Notes: generated from the letters alone by a model not told the origin. Counted from the stretch's first letter, positions 48,976 to 58,854 are shown. The stretch: DNA of 64,000 nucleotides from Trueperaceae bacterium (GCA_965215565.1 CBDCDZ010000004.1:288001-352000), one strand, 5' to 3'. A program made the numbers and translations.

Positions 48976-51900
48976 ATGACGAGCAAGCAAGACCGTTTTG
49001 TGCAGAAGTTACGTGTAGCAAGGTGGACGGGTAGAGGCGCGCTATTTGCCTTCGTATTCGTACTCGTCGCAACAGGAATGTGGGGCGCAGCCCAAAGTGC
49101 GGCGTTAGAAACGCTCGACCTCAATGAGTTGGACAGTTCGCCTGCGCGTGTTGAGGTGTCGCCTGACTATCTCACCATCATCGAGTTCGAGGGGATGAGT
49201 GTCGAGAGCGCATTGTCGGGGCGCTCTGATCAGATCACCACACAGATCGCTGACAACATCATCAGCGTCAGGGCGAACCAAGAGGAGGTCAATACCGACC
49301 TCTTCGTCCGGGTGGGCGGGCGCACGGCGCTCTTCAGGCTCGTCTCCAATCCGTCTGCGCAGAGTCCGAAGCGCTACGTCGTAAGCGACGAGCAGCCACC
49401 CGAGCGGAGCTTACAGGGCAGCCGTGCGCCCGGCGGTCTCTCCAGACCTGCCGACACCGGGTTGCCGCCTCCACCTCCCGGTCTGACTTTAAGGGTAAGT
49501 GCCTACCGCCCCAATCCTGAGGCGGTGGTGATTCAGTATGCGCTCACGAACAACACGGCGTATCCTATCGTCAACGATCCGCTGCGCCTGCGCGTCTACC
49601 TCGAGGGGGTCACGAGGGAGTACGAACGCACCGCGTCGCCTACCCCAGGGCGCGCGGGGCGTCTCGCTATGGGTGAGTCTGAGTATGGTCAAATTGTTGT
49701 CCCCGGTGTTCCTGCCAACGCGGAGAGCCTAGAGCTTGAGTGGATGCTGGTTGCGATTGGACCGGGCACGGTCTACCAAGCGACGAGCGATCTGCTCGTC
49801 GCCCTGGGCGAAAAGACGCCGGGTGTTGCTTCAGACGCAGAAACGTCCGAAGCGCCCGTTGCGTCTTCCGGGGGCGCACCCGGAGGAACACCCTTCGCTG
49901 ACGCAGCCCCCGCTACAGAATCCGTTACGGAGCAACCTACGGGAGGTGCGCCCAGCACTGCACAGAGGACGGATGGACCTAGCGGCCTCACTGAGGCGCA
50001 AGTGGCGTCTGAAACGCTCGTGCTGAGCGCCGACGCTTTTGACGGCGGGGACGACGCTTGGTGGGTCTACACAGATTCGGCGGCGGAGGCGGTACGCGAG
50101 AGCGGGGACAGCGAGGCTTGCGTTCTAGTGACTGGCGGAGGCTCGGAGCTTTGGGACGTCGCCTTTGGGCGCTCCGGCGTAGCGCTCAGGGAAGCGCAGC
50201 AGTACCTGCTGAGCTTCGACGCTCGAGCGGACAAGCCCGTCACGTTCCGCTCAGCCGTAGGTATCGACAGCGCGCCCTGGACGGAAACGTTCGCACAGGT
50301 GGACACCTTAGGACCTGAAATGCAGAACTTTACCTACGCTTTTAGCGCGCGGCGCGACTTTGAAAACAACCGCCTAGCGTTCTATCTCGGGCAGAATGAA
50401 ACCGCGCCGTACCGCGTTTGCTTCGACAACGTGGTCTTGGCTGAGGTCGTCGGACCGTCCGCGGACGCCGCGCTTAGTGGTGACGACGCTGACTCCGCTC
50501 AGGCTCGAGCCGACGAGCAACCTGAGACGCAAGACCTAACGGACATAGAAACCGCGCCTGTGGACCGGGCGACGCCTCCCACGGATTCAATCGCCGACTC
50601 AACTGACGCTCCAACCGACGTTCCTGCACAGAATCAGGGACCGGCTCAGGTGCTGATCGATGAGAGCTTTAGCGAGGCGGCAGCGCCAGCGTGGTCGGTG
50701 TACGCTGCGCCGCCCGGACAGGGGGACATTGAGGGTGCAGTCGAGGACGGCGCGTTTTGCTCCGTGACTACGAACGCGGGAAGCGAACATTGGAACGTCG
50801 GCGTGTTGCGCGAGTCGCTGTCTCTAACGAACGGGAAGACCTACACACTGAGTTTCTCCGCGCGCGCTGATAAACCCATATCGCTGCGCCCCGCCGTCAC
50901 CCTCAACGACCAACCCTGGGCTGAGATTTTCGGGGAAGACCAGCAGTTGAGTGCGGAGATGCAGACCTATTCCTACACCTTTGACGCGGCTGGCATCGAG
51001 GAGGACGGTTGGCTCGTCTTCTTCCTGGGTGGCAACGGCGACGTGCCCTACAGGGTCTGTTTCGACAATATTGTGCTCGCCGAGGCTGACGTGCCCGTAG
51101 CAGAAACGGCAGACGCGCCCGCCGCGGCAGGGTTTTTCCTGAACGAGACTTTTGAGGGTGAAGCCGCCGCTTGGGAGGAGTACACTATCCAGCAAGCCGA
51201 GATGACTTACGAGGTCAGTGACGGCGAGGCGTGCACCGTGACGAGCGACGGGGGCAGCGCCATCTGGGACGTCGGTCTCGTGCGCGAAGCCCTGCCTTTC
51301 GAGGATGATCAGGCCTACACCCTGACGTTCGACGCCTACGCGGACCGCCCTATGCTGATACGTTCAGCCATCACCCTCGACGAGGTTCCCTGGACGGAAG
51401 TTTTCGGGCAGACGCAGGAGTTGAGTATGGAGACGCGCTCCTACGGATACTCGTTTGACGCGGTGGGGTTGGAGCGGGGCGGACGGCTCATCTTCTTCTT
51501 GGGGGGCAGCGACGACACGCCCTACAGGGTGTGCTTTGACAACGTCACCATCACCCCTACGCCGGGCGAAGGCGCGCTGGCACCTACGGATAGCAACCCG
51601 TCCGCAGCATCTGAAAGCGCGCAGATGAACGCTGCGGGCGATCAGCGCAGCGCGATGCTCGTCACCGGGGCAGCCAGCTCCAGCGAGAACGACGCACTCC
51701 TAGCACGCTACCTCGCGCAACTCGGCTTCAACGTTCAGATGGAGGACGCCGCCTCAGTTCTGGACGCTGATATTCGCGGGGCAGATGTAGTAGTCGTCTC
51801 GCCCTCTGTCAGCGAAGGCGAGATAGGCACGTTGTTCCGAGATGCGGCGGTGCCTATCGTCACCTCCTCAGCCGACCTCTTCGGTCTTATGGGCATGACG

Positions 51901-52266
51901 GGCGACACCCGCTCGATCTACTACGGGAACGAAGACAGCGTCGCGCTCCAGTTCGTCACTTCTGAGCATCCTCTAAGCGCAGGGCTCTCCGGTCCGGTCC
52001 TCGTCCTGAACGAGCCTCACGAACTCGCTTGGGGAACGCCGAGCTTAGGCGCGACGGTGGTTGCGACGATTCCTGGCGACGAGACGAAAGCCACGATTTT
52101 CGCCTACGAAGCGGGTGCGCCGATGGTGGGCATCACCGCACCTGCGCGCCGCGTCGGTCTCTTTCACGGTGCGAGTGGCACATATAATGACGACGCTTGG
52201 GCACTCTTTAGCGCGGCGGTCGAATGGGCTGCCCAGACCTCGGTACCGGACGCAGCGTCCAACTAA
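48976..52266 (+). CDS. Large secreted protein: VirB9/TraN-like N-terminal region, three CBM4_9-like repeats, C-terminal alpha/beta domain
   Basis: Signal peptide; three repeats W(D/N)V...Y.L(S/T)F.A.AD.P...PW.E.F...F(F/Y)LG....PYRVCFDN; Pro/Ala/Thr-rich linkers. Confidence 0.75.
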   Translation: MTSKQDRFVQKLRVARWTGRGALFAFVFVLVATGMWGAAQSAALETLDLNELDSSPARVEVSPDYLTIIEFEGMSVESALSGRSDQITTQIADNIISVRANQEEVNTDLFVRVGGRTALFRLVSNPSAQSPKRYVVSDEQPPERSLQGSRAPGGLSRPADTGLPPPPPGLTLRVSAYRPNPEAVVIQYALTNNTAYPIVNDPLRLRVYLEGVTREYERTASPTPGRAGRLAMGESEYGQIVVPGVPANAESLELEWMLVAIGPGTVYQATSDLLVALGEKTPGVASDAETSEAPVASSGGAPGGTPFADAAPATESVTEQPTGGAPSTAQRTDGPSGLTEAQVASETLVLSADAFDGGDDAWWVYTDSAAEAVRESGDSEACVLVTGGGSELWDVAFGRSGVALREAQQYLLSFDARADKPVTFRSAVGIDSAPWTETFAQVDTLGPEMQNFTYAFSARRDFENNRLAFYLGQNETAPYRVCFDNVVLAEVVGPSADAALSGDDADSAQARADEQPETQDLTDIETAPVDRATPPTDSIADSTDAPTDVPAQNQGPAQVLIDESFSEAAAPAWSVYAAPPGQGDIEGAVEDGAFCSVTTNAGSEHWNVGVLRESLSLTNGKTYTLSFSARADKPISLRPAVTLNDQPWAEIFGEDQQLSAEMQTYSYTFDAAGIEEDGWLVFFLGGNGDVPYRVCFDNIVLAEADVPVAETADAPAAAGFFLNETFEGEAAAWEEYTIQQAEMTYEVSDGEACTVTSDGGSAIWDVGLVREALPFEDDQAYTLTFDAYADRPMLIRSAITLDEVPWTEVFGQTQELSMETRSYGYSFDAVGLERGGRLIFFLGGSDDTPYRVCFDNVTITPTPGEGALAPTDSNPSAASESAQMNAAGDQRSAMLVTGAASSSENDALLARYLAQLGFNVQMEDAASVLDADIRGADVVVVSPSVSEGEIGTLFRDAAVPIVTSSADLFGLMGMTGDTRSIYYGNEDSVALQFVTSEHPLSAGLSGPVLVLNEPHELAWGTPSLGATVVATIPGDETKATIFAYEAGAPMVGITAPARRVGLFHGASGTYNDDAWALFSAAVEWAAQTSVPDAASN

Positions 52267-53036
52267 AAACGGCGCGTTACGGCGATCTGACCTTTCTCGA
52301 AATTAAAGAGCGCGCCGATAACGGTTGCGTCGCCATCGTTCCTACGGGCTGCACGGAGCAACAGGGACCCCACCTGAGCGTGGACTTTGACACGTGGTTT
52401 GCCGAAACGTTCATGAACGCGGTATCTGAGTACGCAAAAGAGCATTACGGTGTATGTTCTCTCGTGCTTCCTGCCCTACCCTACGGTCCCACACCGGAGC
52501 ATCGTCACTTCGGCTACGGCTACATCGACATACCTCAAACGCTTCACCAAGACCTGATAAGAGCAACGGTCAAGTCTTTGTCAGAACAGGGTTTTACGCG
52601 CATCATCTTGTGGCGCGGTTGCGGCGCTCATCAGCTTCAAGGTGTGGCTGACGAAATCAATGCTCACTCAGAAGACTTGGAGGTTTTTGTCCCCGACGCC
52701 CCCTATCATGAAAGCTGGTGCCGCATCGGTGATCCAAGCGTTCCCGGTGGACACGCCGACAGTTTCACGACCTCGCTCGCCCTCTATCTGCGCCCCGAAA
52801 GCGTTCGGGAAGATAAAATTGTCAACCCAAATAGCGCGGCGGTTGACTGGGATGACCCGCAGTTGGACTTCGCTCAATATTCGGCTACGGGTGTAATCGG
52901 CGACCCGACGCACGCCAGCACCGAGCTTGGAGAAAAGCTCTGGCGTGACATCGTTAAGAGCACGGCGCAGCTTCTAAAGAGGATTGCTCTGGGTGATGTT
53001 GCGCCTTTAAGCGTCACGTATGGTAGTCCGCGTTGA
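52224..53036 (+). CDS. Creatininase-family protein (divergent; start uncertain)
   Basis: PTGCTEQQGPHL, LPYGPTPEH, GHAD, TGVIGDPTHAS.ELG. Confidence 0.75.
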   Translation: MGCPDLGTGRSVQLKTARYGDLTFLEIKERADNGCVAIVPTGCTEQQGPHLSVDFDTWFAETFMNAVSEYAKEHYGVCSLVLPALPYGPTPEHRHFGYGYIDIPQTLHQDLIRATVKSLSEQGFTRIILWRGCGAHQLQGVADEINAHSEDLEVFVPDAPYHESWCRIGDPSVPGGHADSFTTSLALYLRPESVREDKIVNPNSAAVDWDDPQLDFAQYSATGVIGDPTHASTELGEKLWRDIVKSTAQLLKRIALGDVAPLSVTYGSPR

Positions 53037-54162
53037 TCCGCACGTAGTCTGCCGAGAGGTCACAACCCCACGCTGCCCCCGACGCTGTTCCAACACCCAG
53101 ATCAACCTCAATGAAGAGGCCGGGCGCGTCCATCTTACGGGAGACCTCTTTCGCGTCAAACGCCCTAGCCTCGCCGCAGTACACCTCTTGACCTTGCACG
53201 CGAACCGAGAGTTTAGCGAGGTCGAGCGCCACGCCTGACGCGCCCACTGAACTGAGGATACGTCCCCAGTTCGGATCGTTGCCGTGCGCCGCTGCTTTGA
53301 CCAAAGGGCTGAGCACGACCGCCCGCGCCGCGCGCCGCGCTTCGGCTTCACTGTCTGCACCGCTGACCTGGACGGTAAGGAGCTTCGTCGCGCCTTCGCC
53401 GTCTCTGGCGATCTGTTTGGCTAAGTCTTGACAGACGCTGAGGAGCGCACGCTTGACCTCTTCAGTATCGGCTGGGATTCGTTGGCTCGAGAGCACCACC
53501 GCCGTGTCATTGGGCGAGGTGTCCCCGTCCACCGTCACCTGATTGAAGCTCTGATTCACAACGCCGAGCCACATCTCGCGCAGGACCTCTCGTGGTACGT
53601 CCGCGTCCGTTAGAACGAACGCCAACATCGTCGCCATGTTCGGATGAATCATCCCGGAGCCTTTAGCGACGCCGACGACGCGCGCGCCCCCGGAGAGGTC
53701 CACCTCAGCCGTTTTAAGGACGAGGTCAGTGGTGAGAATCGCTGCGGCGATAGGGTCTACCTCTTCGGATAACTCGAGGTTCGGAAGTGCTGCCTCGATT
53801 TTATCGACGGGTAGAGCGTGACCGATGACGCCGGTGCTGAGCGTCAAGACCTCTTGAGCGGTAACGCCCAACCTCTTCGCCACCGCCGCTACAAAAGCCT
53901 CGTTCGCCGCCACGTCCCCTCGCGCCGCGCAGTTGGCGTTGCCGCTGTTGATGGCAACGGCGCGGACCTCGCTGCCCTCTTCGTACCGCTGACGATTCCG
54001 AATCACGAAAGGCGCTTTAAGCGTATTCGTCGTAGAAGCGAGCGCCCAACTCAGCCCGCCCTCTCCAAAGATGAGTGCCAAATCTGGCTTACCTGACGCT
54101 TTGATGCCCGCTGCAACGCCCGCCCCGCGAAACCCTTTCGGTAGCTTCACAGATACACTCAC
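53014..54162 (-). CDS. argJ: Ornithine acetyltransferase
   Basis: NSGNAN, KGSGMIHPNMATML, DGDTSPND, DGEGATK. Confidence 0.97.
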   Translation of the reverse strand: MSVSVKLPKGFRGAGVAAGIKASGKPDLALIFGEGGLSWALASTTNTLKAPFVIRNRQRYEEGSEVRAVAINSGNANCAARGDVAANEAFVAAVAKRLGVTAQEVLTLSTGVIGHALPVDKIEAALPNLELSEEVDPIAAAILTTDLVLKTAEVDLSGGARVVGVAKGSGMIHPNMATMLAFVLTDADVPREVLREMWLGVVNQSFNQVTVDGDTSPNDTAVVLSSQRIPADTEEVKRALLSVCQDLAKQIARDGEGATKLLTVQVSGADSEAEARRAARAVVLSPLVKAAAHGNDPNWGRILSSVGASGVALDLAKLSVRVQGQEVYCGEARAFDAKEVSRKMDAPGLFIEVDLGVGTASGAAWGCDLSADYVRINADYHT

Positions 54163-55262
54163 GGCCACACCCCCTGCGTGAAAAGCCCGAGCGTCTCCTC
54201 GAAACCCATCATCAGGTTGAAGTTGTGTATGGCTTGTCCTGCCGCGCCCTTACCCAAGTTGTCGATGACCGCTATCGCCACGACTTGCCCGCTCCGCTTA
54301 TCGAAGCGCACGCTCATGACGCATCTGTCGCCTCCATAAACCGCTTTGGTCTGCGGCAAATCGGTCTGCACGCTGATGAGGGGTTCGTTTTGATAGAAGT
54401 CGTGGTAAAGCTCGAGTAAACTCTCATCACTAAGCGGTCTATCCGTCTCCTCGGGTCTCGTGTGGCAGGTCGCTAAAATCCCCCGCGTCATCGGCACGAG
54501 GTGCGGCGAAAGGGTCACGATAGGTTTGCCAAACGCCTCGTGCGTCTCCAAATGTCGCCCACCTTTTTGTCTCGCGCGCTGCGCTCGCCCCAACGTCGCC
54601 TCGATTTCTGCGATATGGCGGTGCGTTCCCGCCACCTTGTACGGCCGCATGTTCTCGTTGAGTTCGGAGTAGTGCAGCCCCAAACTAGGGCTGCGCCCCG
54701 CTCCCGACACGCCCGAGGCGTTGCTGATGACGGTGTCTCTTCCGAGAAGTCCGTGTGCGGCGAGCGGCGCGAGGGCGAGGATGGCGGCTGTCGCGTTACA
54801 CCCTGGATTGGCGATAAGCTCTGCGCCTTTTAGCTCGCCCCGGTGAAGCTCGACGAGACCGTACACCGCGCGTTCGTAAAGCTCGGGGTGGGGATGTTCG
54901 CCGTACCAATGCGCGTACTCGTCTGGCGGCAAGCGGAAGTCGGCGGAGAGGTCGATGACCTTACAGCCCGCGTCTAACGCCTTTTTGACGAGTGGTGCAG
55001 TTGCGCCGTGCGGAGTGGCGCAGAAGAGAACGTCGCAGGATTCGGTGACAGCGTCGTTGTCTTGAAAGGTCAAGTCTGAGAAGTGCCCGGTGAGTTGCGG
55101 CCAACATGCGCTGACGGGTTGGGCTAGGAACTGCCTCGAGGCGATCCCCGTCACCTCTACACAAGGATGAACCGCCAGCCGCCTAAGCAAGCCCGCCCCG
55201 CCGTAGCCGCTCGCGCCCAAAATACCGACTTTGACTTTGGAAGAGGTGTTGGAATCTGCCAC
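54159..55262 (-). CDS. argC: N-acetyl-gamma-glutamyl-phosphate reductase
   Basis: GASGYGG, DLSADFRL, ANPGC, DNLGKGAAGQA. Confidence 0.96.
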   Translation of the reverse strand: MADSNTSSKVKVGILGASGYGGAGLLRRLAVHPCVEVTGIASRQFLAQPVSACWPQLTGHFSDLTFQDNDAVTESCDVLFCATPHGATAPLVKKALDAGCKVIDLSADFRLPPDEYAHWYGEHPHPELYERAVYGLVELHRGELKGAELIANPGCNATAAILALAPLAAHGLLGRDTVISNASGVSGAGRSPSLGLHYSELNENMRPYKVAGTHRHIAEIEATLGRAQRARQKGGRHLETHEAFGKPIVTLSPHLVPMTRGILATCHTRPEETDRPLSDESLLELYHDFYQNEPLISVQTDLPQTKAVYGGDRCVMSVRFDKRSGQVVAIAVIDNLGKGAAGQAIHNFNLMMGFEETLGLFTQGVWP

Positions 55263-55263
55263 G

Positions 55264-56214
55264 CTAATCCCTCAAAAGCTGAAAGAGAATCGCTTTATGT
55301 GCGTGTAGCCTGTTCTCCGCCTGGTCGAAGACGCGGCTGCGCTCGTGGTAAACGGCTTCTTCGGTGCACTCCTCGCCGTAGTGCGCGGGCAAGTCGTGCA
55401 TGAAAATACCTCTTTCGGAGAGGTCAGCAAACCACTCTGGCGTCACCGTGTAGCCCGCGAACGCCTCCCTGCGCCGCTCGGTCTCCTCCTCTTGCCCCAT
55501 AGAAATCCACACGTCGGTATAGAGAACATCGGCACCTCTCACTGCTTTACGCGGGTCTCTTTCGATGGTCACGTCCGCGCCGCTCTCTCTCGCCTGTTCC
55601 AGCACCCCTTCATCTGGGTCGAACCCTTCCGGGCAGACGATGGTTAGGGAGGTCCCTGCGTGCATCGCCGCATACAGGTGCGAGTTGGCGACGTTGTTGC
55701 CGTCGCCCACAAAGCAGACCTTGACGCCCTCCAACACACCAAATTCCTCTTTAAGCGTGAGGTAGTCCGCCGTGAGTTGACAGGGGTGCACCAAATCCGA
55801 GAGCCCATTGATGATCGGCACGTGTGCATAGCGGGCGAGTTCTACCAATGTGCCGTGCCCGTAGGTCCGCGCCATGATGCCCTCCACCCAGCGCTCCAAG
55901 TTGTGCGCCACATCTTTAATCGTTTCGCGCACGCCCCAGCCGATGTAGTTCTGGCTCAGCAAGACCGAGTGCCCGCCAAGTTGGTACATGGCGATGTCGA
56001 AGGTCGAGCGGGTGCGTAAGGACTGCTTCTCGAAGATCATCGCAATGGTTTTGCCCTGCAAGTAAAGAGGTCGTTCGCCGCGCTTGAAGTTGTTTTTCAT
56101 GATGTGGGCGCTCTGCAAAAGCCCTTCGAACTCCTCTTTAGAGAGATCGGCGAGGGAGAGGAGGTCGCGCCCTTTGAGGCTGTCAACGGCGGGTACGTCG
56201 GCGGTTGTGGTCAT
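55264..56214 (-). CDS. argF: Ornithine carbamoyltransferase
   Basis: FEKQSLRTR, HPCQ, GDGNNVA, DVWISMG, QAENR; GGAAGG before ATG 56214. Confidence 0.95.
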   Translation of the reverse strand: MTTTADVPAVDSLKGRDLLSLADLSKEEFEGLLQSAHIMKNNFKRGERPLYLQGKTIAMIFEKQSLRTRSTFDIAMYQLGGHSVLLSQNYIGWGVRETIKDVAHNLERWVEGIMARTYGHGTLVELARYAHVPIINGLSDLVHPCQLTADYLTLKEEFGVLEGVKVCFVGDGNNVANSHLYAAMHAGTSLTIVCPEGFDPDEGVLEQARESGADVTIERDPRKAVRGADVLYTDVWISMGQEEETERRREAFAGYTVTPEWFADLSERGIFMHDLPAHYGEECTEEAVYHERSRVFDQAENRLHAHKAILFQLLRD

Positions 56215-56311
56215 TAAAGTTCCTTCCGGGTCCAAGTGTGTTGAAAACTCGAGTCCCAAGAAACCGATAGTATATGCAGCGAGGTGTATAAATCAAGCAA
56301 ATAAAGGAAAT

Positions 56312-56806
56312 TTAGTTATCGTTGGCGATGAGAACATTTAGTGTCTCCTGTGCCTGTATTCGCGCTTGCAGGTCTGCTCGACCTGGTTGTTCTTCAATTT
56401 GCTTTTTAGCGCTTTGTAGGTTGATGCCATTAGCATTGCGCTCCAGCTTTTGTCTAATTACAGGGCTATCGTACTTCGCTTCGCGGATAGTCCAAGCGGT
56501 ATCGTATCGCACCCAAGCCTCCGGGTCTGACAATTTGTCCGTTAGCGCTTCTTTAAGCCCTGGCACATCGAACATCTGAGAGTGACGACATGCGCTTATA
56601 GCAATACGCCTGACAATCATGTTCGGGTGTTCAAAAAGCTCGTTAATTAGTCGCGCAATAACTTTCTCCTGTTTGGGTAGCTCGGAAAACGCCACGGAAA
56701 GCTGAATCATATCAATTGGCATTATCGGAAAGCTACTACCAAGTTTTATCGATTTAGCGGCTAATCGGTCAAAGCGAGAAAGCATGTTCACAGTTGGCAG
56801 CTTCAA
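56312..56806 (-). CDS. HEAT-repeat protein
   Basis: HPNMIVRRIAI, LSDPEAWVRYDTAW; AT-rich; start uncertain. Confidence 0.65.
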   Translation of the reverse strand: MKLPTVNMLSRFDRLAAKSIKLGSSFPIMPIDMIQLSVAFSELPKQEKVIARLINELFEHPNMIVRRIAISACRHSQMFDVPGLKEALTDKLSDPEAWVRYDTAWTIREAKYDSPVIRQKLERNANGINLQSAKKQIEEQPGRADLQARIQAQETLNVLIANDN

Positions 56807-56807
56807 T

Positions 56808-57947
56808 CTAAACTCCTAACATCCCCAAATACCACCCCGCCAGCGCGTCCCCGTAAAACAGCGCAATCAGCCCACCAATCGCCAGGTACGGACCAAACGG
56901 AACCACCCGTCCGCCGCCAAACGCTTTAAGCGTAAGCCCGCCCGCCGCGCCAATAAAGAACGATAAGAGGAGCGCCACCAAGAGGTTCTGCCAACCCAGC
57001 ATCACGCCTAAAACCGCCGCGAGCTTCACGTCACCAAAACCCATCGCGACGGGCTCGTCATCCTCTTCGTTGAGTACACCTTCTTCGTTTGGCGCTTTAC
57101 CGAGTAGGTCCAAAATCCACCAATACACCGCCCCTAAAACCGCTACCGAGCCCGCCGCCGCTAACGAGCCACTAAGCGAACTGATGCCGAGGTAGACGCT
57201 ACCCGCGCCGAGCGCTAGCACCCATAAGCCGTAAAGAAGAGGTTCGGAGAGCCTGAGCGTGCGGCGTGTGACGAGGTTAGCGACGACGGACGCAGCCGCG
57301 AGCACTAGGCCGACGGTCCAGCCGCCCAGCGCGCCGCCTACAAACGCCACGTTCACCTGGTCCAAACCGATAGGGAAGAGCCGCTCTTTGGTGTCAGCAA
57401 AGCGGCGCAGCACGAGCGCGCCCAAGCGGTTGATCAGCACGATGATACCCGCGCCTAACGCGCCGCCAAAGAGTGCTGCTTGCAGGCTCGGTAAGCCGCC
57501 AGGCGTCGCGTAGAAAAAGCTGCCCAGAAGCCCTACGGCGATAGCGGGTAACGTCAAACTGTCGGGCAGGATGTACTCGTCGATGTCAATCGCCGACATC
57601 ATCACGAGCATGGCGTAAATCGCGGCGAGGATAAACGCGGTTAAGCCGTACTGCTCGATGGGGTAGCGCAGCGCAATCAGTACGAAACCGAGCGCGGTGA
57701 TCGCTTCAATTAAAGGATAGCGTAGCGCGATGCCCTCTTTGCAGCCCCGGCAGCGTCCGCGCAGGGCGAGCCAGGAGAAAATGGGAACGAGGTCCAAAAC
57801 GGTCAGTGGGCGCTCACAGTTCGGGCAGTGTGAGCCGGGGAAGGCGATGGACTCGCCGCGCGGCACGCGGTAGATCACGACGTTGGCGAATGAGCCGATT
57901 AAAGCGCCTAGTACGCCAAGCAGTGAGACAGTAACGAGGGTCAACAT
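56808..57947 (-). CDS. pilD: Prepilin peptidase / methyltransferase
   Basis: GSFANVVIYR, SHCPNC, GRCRGC, IDIDEYILPD, MGFGDVKL, PFGPYL. Confidence 0.93.
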   Translation of the reverse strand: MLTLVTVSLLGVLGALIGSFANVVIYRVPRGESIAFPGSHCPNCERPLTVLDLVPIFSWLALRGRCRGCKEGIALRYPLIEAITALGFVLIALRYPIEQYGLTAFILAAIYAMLVMMSAIDIDEYILPDSLTLPAIAVGLLGSFFYATPGGLPSLQAALFGGALGAGIIVLINRLGALVLRRFADTKERLFPIGLDQVNVAFVGGALGGWTVGLVLAAASVVANLVTRRTLRLSEPLLYGLWVLALGAGSVYLGISSLSGSLAAAGSVAVLGAVYWWILDLLGKAPNEEGVLNEEDDEPVAMGFGDVKLAAVLGVMLGWQNLLVALLLSFFIGAAGGLTLKAFGGGRVVPFGPYLAIGGLIALFYGDALAGWYLGMLGV

Positions 57948-58046
57948 AAGGGGCATTATAGGTTTGGGGAGGGTATTTATGGCGTGTGATTTTGGGCATT
58001 TGCGGCTTACGAGGTGCAGCGGTCACTGATATTTCGTAGCGTCTGC

Positions 58047-58096
58047 GTCAGCTAATCAGCGTTTTAGGAATTAAAAGCTGACGTGCTGAAATGCTA
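58047..58096. repeat. Inverted heptamer array (TCAGC-type)
   Basis: tcagctaatcagc...gctgacgtgctgaaatgct. Confidence 0.6.
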
Positions 58097-58202
58097 CTTT
58101 CTATCCCAGCCAAAAGAATCCAACCAACGTTAAGCATATCGTGAAGCCCGTAACGGTTTTTAAGAGGATGCATTCTCATCCTCCCCTCGGTATACTGCCC
58201 CC

Positions 58203-58697
58203 ATGAAGCGATTTTTACCCGTTACTCTACTCGTAAGCCTTCTCTCTCTCTTCGCGCTCGGCGCGGCGCAGGACGAACTCAACATCGCCTTTGTGGACGC
58301 GGGCGCGGTTTTAGCGGCGCATCCCGCCGGGGCGCAGGCGCAGCAGTTGGAGGAGCAAGCCAGAACCGAACTCGGCGAGATTCAAGCGAACGTCGCGCCG
58401 CTCCTAGAGCGTCTCAACGCGGGCGAAGAGCTGACCGCTGAGGAGCGCAGCACCTTAGACCTCTCGCAGCGCACCTATCAGGAGACCCAAGCGCGTTACC
58501 GCGAGGAGATTCAAGCGACAATTCAACCCGCAGAAGAGGCGGTGGACGCAATTATTCAAGAAATCGCTCAGACGAACGGCTACACGCTCGTGCTTAACCA
58601 AGGGGTCGCGGCAAGCTCGGCGCTCGTCGTCTACGCGGCGGAGGGCTTTCCCAACATCACCCAAGAGGTCATCGACCGCGTCAACGCGGGCGGCTAG
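58203..58697 (+). CDS. OmpH/Skp family periplasmic chaperone
   Basis: Signal peptide, IAFVD, coiled coil, GYTLVL...VVYA...NITQEV. Confidence 0.88.
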   Translation: MKRFLPVTLLVSLLSLFALGAAQDELNIAFVDAGAVLAAHPAGAQAQQLEEQARTELGEIQANVAPLLERLNAGEELTAEERSTLDLSQRTYQETQARYREEIQATIQPAEEAVDAIIQEIAQTNGYTLVLNQGVAASSALVVYAAEGFPNITQEVIDRVNAGG

Positions 58698-58700
58698 AGA

Positions 58701-58816
58701 TAGCAGGTATCATCTGGTTTGAAACACTCTCACTTTTGACAACATTGTGCAGCACGCACATTCTGAGATGAGGTTCCGTTACAGCAAGCTGTGAAATCTG
58801 CGCTTATCCGTCTCAG
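58701..58816 (-). mobile_element. MITE-like element, copy G (24-nt insert; one end replaced)
   Basis: TAGCAGGTATCATCTGG...cgcttatccgtctcag followed by an AAGGGG..CCCTT palindrome. Confidence 0.8.
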
Positions 58817-58854
58817 CAAGGGGTTGAAGTCCCTTATACGAAGTCCAGGCGGCG

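Noticed and set aside
56262..56300. Tandem ARG boxes upstream of argF
   Set aside because: Only the inner half-sites (ATGCA...TGTAT) resemble the consensus; too weak to call
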